64,000 nt of DNA. It comes from Marsupella aquatica (Eukaryota; Plantae; Marchantiophyta). How positions within the stretch are numbered: the first letter of the stretch is position 1; each line of letters begins with the position of its first letter. The DNA lies in contig OZ316897.1 of the NCBI GenBank assembly GCA_973895155.1, forward strand, positions 16,119,375-16,183,374, read 5' to 3'. Position numbers and translations under genes: made by a program. Under the pieces are notes generated by a model. That model made no database searches. It was not told where the DNA came from and worked only from the letters and a program-made list of their open reading frames with translations. Of this stretch, positions 12,060-24,700 are shown in pieces.

Positions 12060-12197
12060 TGTATGTTGTGTGGATCTGCTCAGGGAGCAGCTACTATGTT
12101 GATTTGTGATAAGTGTTCTAGAGGATGGCACATGTCATGTTTGACACCACCATTGCAGGTGATTCCTAGTGGATCATGGTTGTGTCCTCAGTGTCGG
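12060..12197 (+). other. PHD finger (C4HC3) fused to the integrase C-terminus
   Basis: CMLC...MLICDKC...WHMSCL.PPL..IP.G.WLCPQC is a canonical PHD pattern. Confidence 0.9.
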
Positions 12198-12364
12198 TGA
12201 AGCCGACTAGTTATCATTTGTGTTCTCTTGGCAGATATGGATTGCAGGTAGGTGATCGATGGGGCTCACTTGCACCCGGCCTCCTGATCTTCACACCTAA
12301 AAAGGTGTATATCAACCTTGTAGAACTCATGGCTAGCTAGAGTTAGGGGACCTTACTCCCAGCT

Positions 12365-12374
12365 AGGGGGGCGA
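12365..12374 (+). promoter_or_regulatory. Putative polypurine tract (plus-strand primer)
   Basis: AGGGGGGCGA directly abuts the first base of repeat B1 (12375). Confidence 0.6.
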
Positions 12375-12980
12375 TTGTGGGTTTTGGACATGTGTGGACA
12401 TGAGTTCCACTTGTATTCCATTCTCTTGTATTTGTGATGTGGCAGTGTGACTATGTCTGGATGTATGTGACAAGCGATGTATGTTGTGTAGCGATATGTA
12501 TGCGCACGACAACTGTCACACCATTCTGAGTAGTGTAGTAGTATATCGTGCTATTAGAGTATGTATGTTTGGTATGAGTGCTATTGGAGCCGATAAGGTT
12601 CTGTCAGGTTTGTGTGAGAGGGTACTTCTCACTTGTGAGGCATTGAAAGGTCATCTTTCAATGTTGAGCCTTGGAGAGAGAGGAGCTTGAGTGTGGCTAT
12701 GGTGGCTGTGAGCTCCGCTTGTGTAACATGGATTCCTTGAGTAGTGCAAGGTGCGTTGGCTTGACATACGTGTGTGATCGGATCGGTGCGGGATCGATGG
12801 GGTATTGTTGACCGAGATCGTTGTGCCGATTGTATGGAGATTATTGTGGGTTTTGGACATGTGTGGACATGAGTTCCACTTGTATTCCATTCTCTTGTAT
12901 TTGTGATGTGGCAGTGTGACTATGTCTGGATGTATGTGACAAATGATGTATGTTGTGTAGCGATATGTATGCGCACGACA
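12375..12980 (+). repeat. Right-end repeat block B1 (12375-12511), AC, A2 (12514-12843), B2 (12844-12980)
   Basis: B1 and B2 are 137 bp each with 2 differences, and A2 matches A1. The B1/A2 junction reads GACA-AC-TGTC. Confidence 0.95.
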
Positions 12981-14569
12981 GATCTAATGCCAACCCTTTG
13001 AGGAGAACTCTTGCATGCTTGAAATTGCACTGTTTGTGCATCCGAAAACCCCTCCTAAAATTTGTTTGCTTGTTTGTATGTACATGGTCATGAGTCATTA
13101 CCCCGTGATGAAGCCACAAAACCCATATGCCAGCCTGGCCTAGGGATTCTGAAATTTGAATGAAAAATACACTAAGGTGCAAGTGGCACACAATGGCAGA
13201 TGAGACTTTTGCCCTATAAAACTGAAGTGAATCGTACAAAAGTGCACTCAGACTTTACACTTGGTAACTCATCTCCACTTGGGGATAATGGCTAAACCCC
13301 CTTTGGTTCAGCACCCTTTGGGATTACATCCCATTATCCCCTCTTGGGATGGGTCCTACACTTTGCCATTAGGGACGATGTCTAGGGTTTGGCTTTATCA
13401 TCCATAAACCCTAAAATCATGGGATGGGGTCTGAGAGCCAACTCACATGTGTGGGTCCTCAGAAATGGCCCTTACCTGCAGCAAAATATTAGGGGAAAAG
13501 TAAATCTTGGATCACAAATGGACCTTCTCAAGTGCAACATGGCATGTGCTCAAGCAGTTTGTGTTCCTCATTGTCCCCTACAAGCAGAGGTAATAAAGCC
13601 ACAGCAAAGCTTCCAGTGCCACACTTTTGCAACATGTCACTTTCTCCCTTTTGTTTGACAAGAAAGTTTGAGGTCAGTTTGAGGTCGGCACCTCAAGGGT
13701 CATAAGATTTCCGGCCCTTGCCCGTGGAAGTGCCAGTTTTATGGCATCAGGCCTGGCACACAAGGGGGTAACAGCATATTTCTCAGTCATTTGTATGCTG
13801 CCATCAGTCAGGTTTATGGCCGATGACATACAAGTTGGCTCTGATCACCTTTGGAGGAAAACTGTTACGTGCTTGAAATTGCTGGGTTTACTCATCCTTT
13901 CCCATTGGAAAGGGTTAAGGATTAGGGTTTATCATCCAGAAACCCTAAAACCTGTGTTCCATCTCAGAATCCATTGGGATCGGATGCCAATGTTCGAGGA
14001 CGACTGTTGCGTGCTTGAAATTGTGATAGATTTGAAGAGTGATGACGAGAAGTTCAGGATAATGTATATCGATCAGGGCACTACGTTCTGGGATGAAATC
14101 GGATGTCAACCTTCCAGGAGGACAGCTGCTTGCTTGAAATTGTGGCAGATTGTCCTCCCAACCGAACAGAAAAGAAAAGATGAAGTTGGTCACGAGGAGT
14201 GCGCGAAACTGTTTACGAAGGTGTGAAGAACTGCTGGCCAGACTCCGATTTATCACTCCCAGCAAATGTTAAAAATTCATTCCCACCCACTGGAGACATT
14301 GTACATTTGGATTACGTACATGCCATGACAATGAAATAGAATCCGTGCCGTCAGGAAGTAAAATTGTTCACAACCATCAGAATCGGGCCAAAGCTTTGGC
14401 AACAAGAATTAATAGGATCTCCAGCGTTTACATCCACGGTGGACAAAATCTACATTACATTGGAAAGGGGTTTGCAAGTACAAGGGCAAAGGTGCTCCAA
14501 GCTCTCATCTCTCCTAAGGAGCATCTGCAGATAAGATCGTCATTGCATCCTAGTCGAGTACGTTGTCCA

Positions 14570-17500
14570 CTACAAGACGTGAACTGCAGCCTTTAAGGAC
14601 TCAAATTGTTGTGGAGTAATAGGGATAAACATGCCTTGCTGTAGTAAGCACCCCTGTAAGAGGGAACCCGTATTAGTCTGCTCTTGTTGCTGACCAATTA
14701 GGCGGTTTGGGATCACCCCAGACGCATTTACAACACCTTCCTCATCTACCTCCATAGGGCTGTCACCTTCAAAATGCACATGGCGGCCTACTTTCTGGAT
14801 TTTCTTTCCCCTTGTTCTATCCACCTGCTCATCAGTAGTCCTTTTCCCCACCACCGGCTCCACCATACCACCAGTCGCCAAATCGGTCTTGTCCACTGGC
14901 TCTCTTGCAGCGGTTGTGCTAGCAGAAGTTTCTCTACTACCCTCTGCTGTTATGGGGACACCACGTTCAGTTCCATGCACATGATTATAAAAATCCAGAG
15001 ATGGTAATATCCCGAGCGAATGACATGGGGAAGGTATCATGCCAATGGCACACGGTCTCCAGTTCTCAACCACAGTCCACCTTTGAATTTCAGAGCCCTC
15101 TTGTCTCAGTGCAACACTGGGGGTGAGCATTGAATTGTGGTTGAATCTTAGGGGACTGCCGGCAGTCTGCTCCTCATTGCGTAACCCATCTCTGGTACTT
15201 TGTACAACGTGCTTTTGAGAAGCGAGCCTGGCGAAAAAAGCCTTCTGTTGTCGCCTGGCGACCCCAAATGCCGGCTCCATGGTTGATTCCGACCCAAGGC
15301 TTGAATCATCTCTGTCTGCAGGACTAGATGCAATCAAGCTATCAACGGACCCCTCCTGGAACCTCTCCTCTCTTACGCTGTTTACACTAGCCACTTGGTT
15401 TTCAGACGTATCCATGACATTCCTATGAAGTCTTCGCATGCTAGTGCCAAGTTGGGCAAGGGTAGCTACGCGATGTTGATATCTTTCATTCCCCAACTGT
15501 ACAGCGATCAGTGTTACAAGGCCAACTAGCGGTTCCTGTCCATTCGATGTAGATAGACAGAGTCTTAAGAGATCAGCTAGAATCTCCTTACTAAGATTTG
15601 GCTTTACAAAAAGCGAGTTTGATATTTTCAGGAGTTTTGACTTTCGAGGGTCGTTCTCAGTCGAGTCCTCGCTGGCCTGAACAAACCTCTTACCGAGAAG
15701 CCAAGAACACCAGGTTATTAACCGATTCCTTTGCAAAGAATCCGTTGAGCCGGGATCTGTCAACTCATCGATATTGAGGTCTGGTGCCTGAGAACTAGTT
15801 GGTCCTTTCCCCTCAAGCCTCCGCAATTTCCCACTTCGTGGACAGCTTTTATTGATGTGCTTTACAATGGCAACTAATAACATTTCCGGTAATCTAGGCA
15901 GGTGAGACGAAAGTTCCCTTAGGGTTAATTTCCATGCACTGTCCATAGCAGATGCCAGGTCAGTACCATCCGTTGAACCTGTTGCTCTAACGGACTGTTT
16001 GGACTGAACTTCATCCTCGATAGGCAGTGAGTCTTGCTCCAACAGTCCATCATCGACTAGTGTGGAAACCAGATTCAACATTGAAGATAGCGACAGATCC
16101 AACAGCTCCTTGAAGAGTGCTTTCCTTAGCTGCCTCTTGACTGCATGAACAATGATACTCAATAACTCAGCTCTTTCGCCAACCAAGGAAAGAATCAAAC
16201 CCCCACGGATCCTGATATTTCATGTCAAATCTTTTTTCAAGACTGCAGTCTGGGAAATGGCCGAGCAAATGCAACCCATTCATAAACCACAAAGCTGGAC
16301 AGGAAAAGATCGAAATGCTCGAGAAAAATGGTCAACCCACCTCTCAAACTTTCCTGAGGGAATACTTCAGGGAGCTCTTCCACCTTGCTTTCTGACTCCT
16401 GCTCCTCTTCGGACTGCTGCGAATTAGTAGCTATGGGGCTTGGATTCAAAATGTCAACCACAAGGAGGCAGTGCTCCACAAGCTTGGACTTCAGCTCCAG
16501 CCTGACATTGACCAATGTTTCCTTCTGCTGGTCCCAGTACTGCAATTTCAACCATGCCAGTGCCTGCATTCCATTCCAGGATGCATTTAAAAAATCCAGG
16601 ACTCAGTAAGCTCATGCTAAGTTGAATTTTATTTCACTAAGGTTGGTTTAAACAAACCCAACCGTCCGTCTCAATCACTTATGAGTCGGACACGTTCCTA
16701 TATTTTCAAATTTTTCGTTCAGAAGCAAAATTATTGGACCACTACAATCTCACTACTTACAACCGAACACTTGTTATGACGCTGAAGGGTCCGGCAAGTC
16801 AGGGATTCCATTGTTGCTTCATATTCTTGTCGGAGATGAAACTGACTGAACAATAAGACCTGTTCTAAAATCCAAAAACCGGAACTACGACAAGTCCCTT
16901 TTCTGACCAAGAAACACCCTACGCCGGTGTCTCTCTTACGGTAATAATCGTTTCCATGTAAAGAGGCAAGAAAAAACATCAGACATGAAGCCGATCATTT
17001 GAGACTTATCGCGAATCTCCCCTCAATAGTGAAACAAGGAAATGAAACTCACATCCACACCCGCGCAGTACTAGGGTTATAATCTTGCATCCCAGCATAT
17101 GCACACTCAATTGCCGAAGCTTTAGTGAGCAACTCGAAGGATGCTTAGTCTCACGAAAAGTTAGACTTTGCCTCATGACGAATCAGGTTTCCACGGAAAT
17201 CCTTCGACTCCCGCACACTGAAAGGGGTACGGCTTTGTATCCTTGACATAAAAAAGCGTCGCCTATGCTTTACTGGTTGAACTGACAGGATGCCTGACGT
17301 CAGAAAAGTCAACTTCTATTTCAAATCACGATTTTTCACTGAACATATTATCGAATTGGTTGTCGTCTTCAGTACACAATGTCCCCTCAATGTGAAGCAA
17401 GGAATGCAACGTTGGTACATTCCCGCGCAGAAAGAGGGCTCACTTGTTGCATCTCATCAATAAGCACACTACATTGCGTAAAGCCCTAGTGAGCAACAAA

Positions 17501-19405
17501 GCGGATGCTTAAGACTCACGAAAAAATGTGCTGACTAATATGTAACTGCAGGAACAGGCAGCCCAGAATTCAATAGTGGTCAACTCTGTGCCACGGGGAA
17601 ACTTCCCCACAGTATATTCCAATCGTAGTAGGATGAGTCCCTTTGCCCAACTTGGGACATATGGACTGAGACTTGCTGCCTATTATCTCTCAAATTTGGG
17701 GAATAATGGAGGGAGATCCAGGGACCCCATGGTGCCTAGGTACAGGGCTAACGTGCAACGAGGCCACGGGACGAAATTGACTAGGCATGACGTGGAAGTA
17801 AGTTTGTAAATGAAGAAATTTCAGAGGTTCCTCCTAATCTGGGAGAATGAATATGGAACACTAAAGTGAAGGTGACCAAAGAAAAAGGAAGCAAGCCATG
17901 GTCTGGTCCACACGTAGACTTTTTAAGTGATCCTACCACAACCCATGGGACCAACCTGTTTGCTTGCAACTTGCAGAAGGGCTAGTCCGGGGAGTTCGGT
18001 GTGTGCGGCCTCTACAATAGAACAAACAAACGATGGAAACGGACAAAGCGGGTGAGAACAAAATTTCAAGGTCGTGGCAGCCAAAAACCCCGAGTCAATA
18101 GTGCTAAGAAAATCAACACCAGATCATCATCACAATGCGCTTTCGTGCCAAATGTACTCTCCAAGACACGTACTATAGCCAGCGGTGTGATAACCAGGAT
18201 AATAACTAAGTTCAGGAGAAAGACAGGGCTTCGACTTACCTAAAGTGTGGAACACGACAAAGTGAACGGAGACGGTGATATGATGATCAGGAAAGTGATT
18301 AGATATCAACTAGGCCTATGATGAGAGTTTGCTTATAGAGACTAGCAGAACGATCACACACCATGACGAATGTCAACCAGCAGGCGAGGTAATCCTGCGA
18401 ACTCTGCTCGATCAGCAACTGATGTCGTATTACGCTTTTGTGACTGATCTACAACGCCATTCACCAGCCTGCTCCAGGGCCACCCACCAAATTATATTAT
18501 TCGAGGTCTGACCATGGGCACTCTCACAAGCCTCCTGCACGCTTTGAAAATGCACTCCATGAGCTCTGACTGAACACAAAATGTTGCTTTACATAAAAAC
18601 GCATACACATTTGCAACTTGGGAGGCCATCGAACTAACCTCTGTATTGCCATAGCATACATCATCCTCAGCATTTCTTCTGGTAGGGGCGATTCTTTGAG
18701 CATCCCGTGACTGAAAAGGTCCAAACACAGCGTTTCAACACAATCGGTCTCTCAAGAGAAACCACCCAGCCGCGAAATGAATAAGTAAAAGAAATGGTTA
18801 GGCGCATCAGCGCCACATTCGGCGACACTAACATAACGGCACTTCGATTCCAAGCGCATATAGCAGAAGACATTTGCTTCTGCGAGGTACAATGCGAAGT
18901 AATGTCTGGTTATAAGTTATGAGCAACAAGGCGGTCGTGTCATGCGTAGCCGTTGTCATCGTGGGTTTACTTAGTAAAGTTGAAAAATGACTCACTTGAG
19001 TTGCGGATCCCTCTGATGGATGCCAATGATAGCAGCAGAAGTTTCCACAGCTATGGGTACTTTTCCTCTGCTTTGCCATGCTGCTATCTGACACCAGAAC
19101 AACTGTTTCAATCAGATCTTCGTTTTTCCCGTCAGTTGCAGCACAGGAGAGAATACAAAAGAGATGTATAAAACATTAATGACTTACCTAAGACTCCGTT
19201 AGCCAGATAGGGTCTGAGTAGAGAAGCAACACAACAAGAATTATGCGAATGAGAAATAGCTGACTAGAGAAGTTCTCGAACGCACTCTGTCCAGGGCACC
19301 TGAGATACGCTCCGGGGAATCTGAGAACAGTTCAGTAGCCACCCAATTCCAATGCTCCCAACTCTGCCATGGCACTTGTCGCAAGCTGGACCGCTGTTTC
19401 CCCAT
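14570..19405 (-). CDS. LAS1: Ribosome biogenesis HEPN nuclease LAS1 (pre-rRNA ITS2 endonuclease), 7 predicted exons
   Basis: Predicted exons 19405-19286 (MGKQRSSLRQVPWQSWEHW), 19087-18996 (IAAWQSRGKVPIAVETSA), 18710-18639 (EEMLRMMYAMAIQR), 18468-18362 (LVNGVVD...LPRLLVDIRH), 18011-17956 (EAAHTELP, completing the HEPN motif RHxxxH), 16563-16341 (ALAWLKLQYW) and 16140-14570 (contains WRPCAIG). All have GT-AG borders; the last intron is the least certain. Confidence 0.9.
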
Positions 19406-19939
19406 TGCTGTCTCACATAACTACGCACACAAACAAAAATCAATGCAGAGAAAAGATAACATTCATACACCTCCAGATCAGGACAGAAACAAAGCATGCA
19501 AAGAACAATGACGTAGCGAACAACGCAACGAACCTTTGCTCAGGTCCACCGCTGAACTGTAAACCTAATGCAGTTCTCCCATCCGTTCAGCGCCCATCTC
19601 AGCAGCAACATGAGCTCCAAACGGACCTCCTCGACATCTATATCGGCTCCAGCTCAAGCTCGATCGCTCTGAACACCCACCACGCACTAAGAATTCCCGT
19701 TGAGTCCGTTAATCGACGGAAAACTTCCACGAAGAAAAGGAGTACCGCGTTTTCTCAGAGCGCAACAAGGTTCTCTCTACCAAAAGCCCACATCTACCTC
19801 AGCCCGAGGCGCATTGTTCTCCACATCCAATGCCCTCGTCACACTGCAGATCATGCACAGCCCACACTAGGAAATTTCAGCTCAGGCTGGGAATTCCCGT
19901 TGATCAGGCACTTCACCGGCAATGTCCACAAAGAAATGG

Positions 19940-20250
19940 TTAGGGTTTTCCTTCAAGGGGCTGTTGCAGTTTAGGGTTTTTGTTATTGACAAGTTTTGCA
20001 AAATCTAAAGCCTATAATCTCGATCCTAATCCAGAAGTGAAACTTCTAGACTGCTACTTGGATGTCATAATTGACACTCGACGTGCAGATGGAAGATAAG
20101 GATTGAGGGCAGATGGCCCAGCTAACTTGAATGTATTCACTTCTATTTATGCTCTAAAGAACTGACACTGAAGCTAGGCTTAGTCACTTGGAGGACAACT
20201 TCCACAAAGGACCTATGGCGCCTGGGTTAGGGTTTTTTTTAAATGGGCTG
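19940..20250 (-). promoter_or_regulatory. Telo-box (AAACCCTA) and site-II-like (TGGGCY) elements upstream of LAS1
   Basis: TAGGGTTT occurs at about 19941, 19972 and 20228. GGCCCA/TGGGCT occur at about 20115 and 20243. This combination is typical of plant ribosome-biogenesis promoters. Confidence 0.55.
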
Positions 20251-21039
20251 GGGCAGCTTTGGTTTTTGTAAGATACAAGTAGTGCCAAATACTAAACTAT
20301 AATACAAGGTTGAGCCAATTTTTAGAGTGGTCGTCATTCAAATTTGTAGGGCACAAAAAATAAGAAAGCTGGTACAAGGAAGGAATAAAGACAGAAGAAA
20401 TTTAATTTAGTGCAGATAAAAAGGGTCACACCAATGTCTAAAGAGTGTCTAACTAGGAGGGAATCAAATGGGATAAGCAAACCAAAAGAGTAAGTCACTA
20501 ACACAATGCACAAGGATCAATGAGTATCATCTCTCCATGATCCATGACAGGGAGTATTGTACATGCTCAATAAGGTGTACATACTCAGACAGAGACTATT
20601 GTACATACTTAATAACATGTACATACTCAATAACACAATGCACAAGGAGTATCCTCTCTCCATGATCCATGAGAGAGAGTATTGTACATACTCAATAAGG
20701 TCTATATAATTATGTGAGATAATGCATAGTTCCATGTAATATTGGTAGGATTTGAATTTCACATACTATTTAAGTCAATAGGGGACTACATACACTAATC
20801 AAATAAAACATATTCTCCCAATATTTAGGGTGCCACTTTCACTGAAAAAACAAAAGTTATAAGGTCCAAAGACATAGTAAAGATCATGGCATGGCACTGG
20901 CATTGATGGCAAGGTGTTGGGCAAGGGGCACACTTTACTTGACGACCTTTTTTACTTCATAATCTCTTTCACATAAGGACCCATTTGGCACCACATCATC
21001 TTTTTACTTGATAGCATCATTTATTCATGACATCTTTCA

Positions 21040-21740
21040 CATAACATTTGATATCTTTGGCAAAACTACTTCTTTTTTGTTAATGACAATTTTTTACTTG
21101 ACGACAATTGTTTACTTGATGACAACTTTTTAATTGACGACATGTTTGGCAAAATGATTTCTTTTTTCTTAAACAACATAGTTTTACTTGACAACGTCTT
21201 TCACATAACTTTATCTTTGCAAAATAACTTCATTGTTCTTAATGACATCTTTTTACTTCACGACATCTTTCACATAACGACATCTTGGGCGACACGACAT
21301 CTTTTGTTCAATGCACGGGTATTGAACTATTTTGTATTTAACAACATTGTTATACTTAACAAAACCTTTGGCATAGCGACATCATTGGCAATACGACCTC
21401 TATTTCTTTCACAACCTCTTGGCCGAGATGACATCTTTTGTTCTCAACGACTTCTTGGCCGACACGACATCTTTTGTTCTCATCGACATCTTGGCCAACA
21501 TGACATCTTTTGTTCTCAACAACATCTTGAGCGACACAACACCTTTCTTCTCAACGACCTCTTGGCGACACGACATTTTTTGTTCTCAACAACCTCTTGG
21601 CTGACATGACATCTTTTGTTCTCAACCCTGTTCTCAACGACATCTTAGGCAACACATCTTTCTTCTCAACGACCTCTTGGCCAACACAACCTCTTTTGTT
21701 CTCAACGACATCTTGACCAACACGACATCTTTTGTGCAAC
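21040..21740. repeat. Degenerate tandem minisatellite (about 33-bp unit CTTGGCCGACACGACATCTTTTGTTCTCAACGA)
   Basis: About 10 recognisable units at 21410-21735, with more decayed TTTTACTTGACGAC units upstream. Confidence 0.8.
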
Positions 21741-24700
21741 GCACGGGTATTGAGCTCGTCTTAATATATAATCTTGATCTATAGCTACTGTACACTTCAG
21801 GCCCTACAATATGGAGTGAAACTTTTAGACCTTGACTCTGGGGGAGGGGGCAGGTGAGTCCCTAAAAATGGCACAACAACATTGAATGTTGTAGTCCCTT
21901 TTATGGTAAAAAAAGAGCACATAGGTTAGTTCTTACCCAAGATTTGAGCTCAAACTGTACAAAGTACAAAAGAATTGAGTCTGAGATTTTTGGGACCAGT
22001 TTGGCCACCTTCACTACTCCTTGAGGGTGGCTTTACAAGATCTAGGGCACTTTGTGAATAGTTTTCACCACTTTGTGTTCAAGGATAGACTCCAGGCTAA
22101 ATATCTTTTGAAATGAAGTTCAATGAATGCCAAACACCTTGAATCAAAAACAAAAAAAACAAAAAAAACAAAAAACAAAAGTCGGAGCCAAAGTTTGGAA
22201 ATATTTGGAGCTGCTATAATGGTGAATGCACATTTCAGATTTTGTCTTATTCAGATTTTTGTGTCATGTATTTTCATTTCAATCTGCCTTAACAAGGGGT
22301 AGCCTTTGTATTCTATACATTTTTAATTAATTTTTAGACCCCTTTAGTTTTAGGTATTCTAGAGTGTTTTGAACTTATTTTGGCAGCCCCCTTTCACAGT
22401 ATGTGTTTTCTTAGAGATGAAACCAAAGGCTCCACCACCACGAGTGAGAGAAATGATGCTGGAGAACATGAATACATAGCCTCTTAAGTTCTCCTCATGT
22501 TTTTCTTTCCTAGGTTTATGGTTTTTATTGAAAGGAGTGTCATTCATAAGGCACCCTGAGTTAAGTACACACATCTAGCATGGTTTGACTGTACCTTTTC
22601 TTGGTCACTGTGCTTTTCTTGGCAGACACTTTACTTATATAACAGCACTTCTATGCTCTCATATTTTATTTATTTTCAGATCACTACAAGACAAAAAAAA
22701 TAAAGCATGTTCCAGGATGAGCATGCTATATCTGGAGGTGACAAATTCTAGTCAAAACAAGCACTTCACAAAGAAGTTTCCTTTGGCCCACTACTTGCCA
22801 TGTAGAATCAGCAGACATCATACCTGAATGGGCCCCAAGGTTTTGTGAAGCCAAAATGCAGCTGTTTTCACTTATCATATGGTCCAGATTTGATCTCAAA
22901 TGGAATAAACAAAGCAATGGTCCTCAACTATCTTGTAAAGCCATCAGAAACCCAGGTCACCACATCCAACAATACTTTGTAAATCTCGGATGTAATGATG
23001 TGGATGAGATGAGTTTAGGGCACCTCTGATCTCCACTACAGCTCTCAATGGCATACCTACCCTACTTGGTTCCAAACTTGAAACAAACACTCAGTTAATG
23101 CCTTCAAACCAAAACAACGGAGAAGTGTCTTCTCTCAATTTCTAGGAATGAAGAAAGGAAGAAATCCTTGTTGGTGGTGCCTAAGCTGTTGAAGGAAAAC
23201 CCTAGGCAGGCTTGGAGGTGGTTGACCGCCTCCTCTCAACTTCCATGAAGAAAGGAAGAAATGTGGACAAGTGGTTGCCCAAGATGTTGAAAGAAAACCC
23301 TAAACAGGCTGTATTCTATTAGCCTCAAATTGGTCTACCCACAAATCTTCGAAGAAAACATCAGAGGTAATCTTCAGTTGGCCGTTTGTCATCGAGGGCA
23401 GCCCTCAAGTTTTGGAGTTGAGATTGGATGGCCAGCCCCATCATACATTCTCAAGCCATGACAGAGTAAGGTCACATTTGTGGGCTAATGGCATATGGCC
23501 CCAACCAAGCTCAGAGGTGGGTGCCCAACATGCTGGGGCGTTAATTTAGTGCACTAGCCCCGACTACACGTTCTTTGAACGTGAATAGCGGGGAGGACAA
23601 TAAAAATTTCACCAAAATATATTCCTTATTCACATATTTTGAAGGTTAATGAAATGATAAAAAAGTTATCATGCATATCATCATTTTAATAATCAGACAT
23701 AACATATCATAGTACTCTTTTCTATGCACATTCCTAGTTTTTCTATCCTACATCCCACTTATGCACATATAATATGGTGGGCCATAGAGATCAGTTTTTA
23801 ATATAAATAGAAATCATAACAAAAAGCACTCATGATTATCATTTGACATGACATACATCATAGACATCAATTTTCTCATCATTCCACATGAGCCATGGAG
23901 TTATTGTCTAGAGATTTCACTCTAGAAGCGTAGGCCCCAACTTTAGCTTGTAGTTGCAGATTTATAAGTAAGATAACTAACAATTTATGCACATTTTGGG
24001 TACAATGTGCGATCCTATCCAAACATAAATAAACATATTATCCAATAATATTGAGCAAAAGTTTTTTACGGACCCCACTAGAGGTCCCTTCCAAAATTCC
24101 TGGCACCACAGCGTGTCACGTCAACAACAACCGCAACAAACAGGAACGAATTGGTCTCCACAATGAAAATATGCCCAAATTCGTGTTTGCGACAGGATTT
24201 TGGTAAAACTGGGGACGCCATGCCGTAAAAATTCATGTAAACTTGTTTTACAATTAACCATATTATTTACCTTTAGATAACAAATTATTGAAGTTAAGAT
24301 AGACAATAACTGTTTTTTCAACCCCTAAATAACTGAATGCACAACATTAAGTAATAACAATAACCATTAAGTAATAATTAAAAAGAGAAAAGTAACAAAA
24401 TTAAATGTGTAATTGAAAGTAAGCACTTGTCACTAGAAACAGTTAAGTAATTAACGTCCACTACAATCCATCCCGCCCGCAATCCAAACTGTAACGAGCG
24501 CTCCTCCGCGCCACAACCTCTACACGAATTCTCGTTGTTGATTATGATGGTGATGGTGAGGTGAATGTGTGCACACGCAATGTTGAGAGAAACGAGAAGG
24601 TGAGAAAGAAGCTGCCCGATCGAAGACTCGATAACAAAGAAACCAGAAAAGAGATCATTTCATAAGGGACCAAAAGCAGGAAAAACAACGATCGCAAACA

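Larger units (their letters stand above)
8807..12200 (+). pseudogene. Reverse transcriptase, RNase H, DDE integrase and C-terminal PHD finger (Ty3/gypsy order)
   Basis: RT: RMCGDYRPIN, SLDLRAGYHQ, LPFGLK|NAPAEFQ and YIDD (9765-9776). RNase H: LHTDWS, YEGECLA, TDHQPL, DADGLSR. Integrase: HHCC (HEELGH...CVVC), SLDFAG, TDQGTEF, GLAERVV. Disrupted by a frameshift at about 9315, a MITE at 9385-9690 and a TAG at 11016-11018. Confidence 0.93.
3118..12980 (+). mobile_element. Ty3/gypsy-type retrotransposon with split direct repeats (A-internal-B-A-B), carrying a C5 DNA methyltransferase and a PHD finger; this copy is coding-defective
   Basis: Ends are TGTC (3118) and GACA (12980), flanked by a GATC duplication at 3114-3117 and 12981-12984. 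Domain order is Gag-PR-DNMT-RT-RH-INT-PHD. Repeats are A 3118-3447 / 12514-12843 and B 12375-12511 / 12844-12980. Confidence 0.93.

Noticed and set aside
3118-12843. Treating A1/A2 as ordinary LTRs of a canonical element
   Set aside because: A2 does not end in CA, has no TSD after it and has no PPT directly before it. The TSD and the restored host repeat place the right end at 12980.
3118-12980. Classifying the element as a DIRS/PAT/Ngaro tyrosine-recombinase retroelement
   Set aside because: The repeat layout fits, but I see no YR ORF. A complete DDE integrase, an aspartic protease and a 4-bp TSD are present instead.
21040-21740. CRISPR-like array
   Set aside because: The units are degenerate with no unique spacers, there are no cas genes, and the DNA is eukaryotic. 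The same applies to 51270-52210 and 60320-61700.
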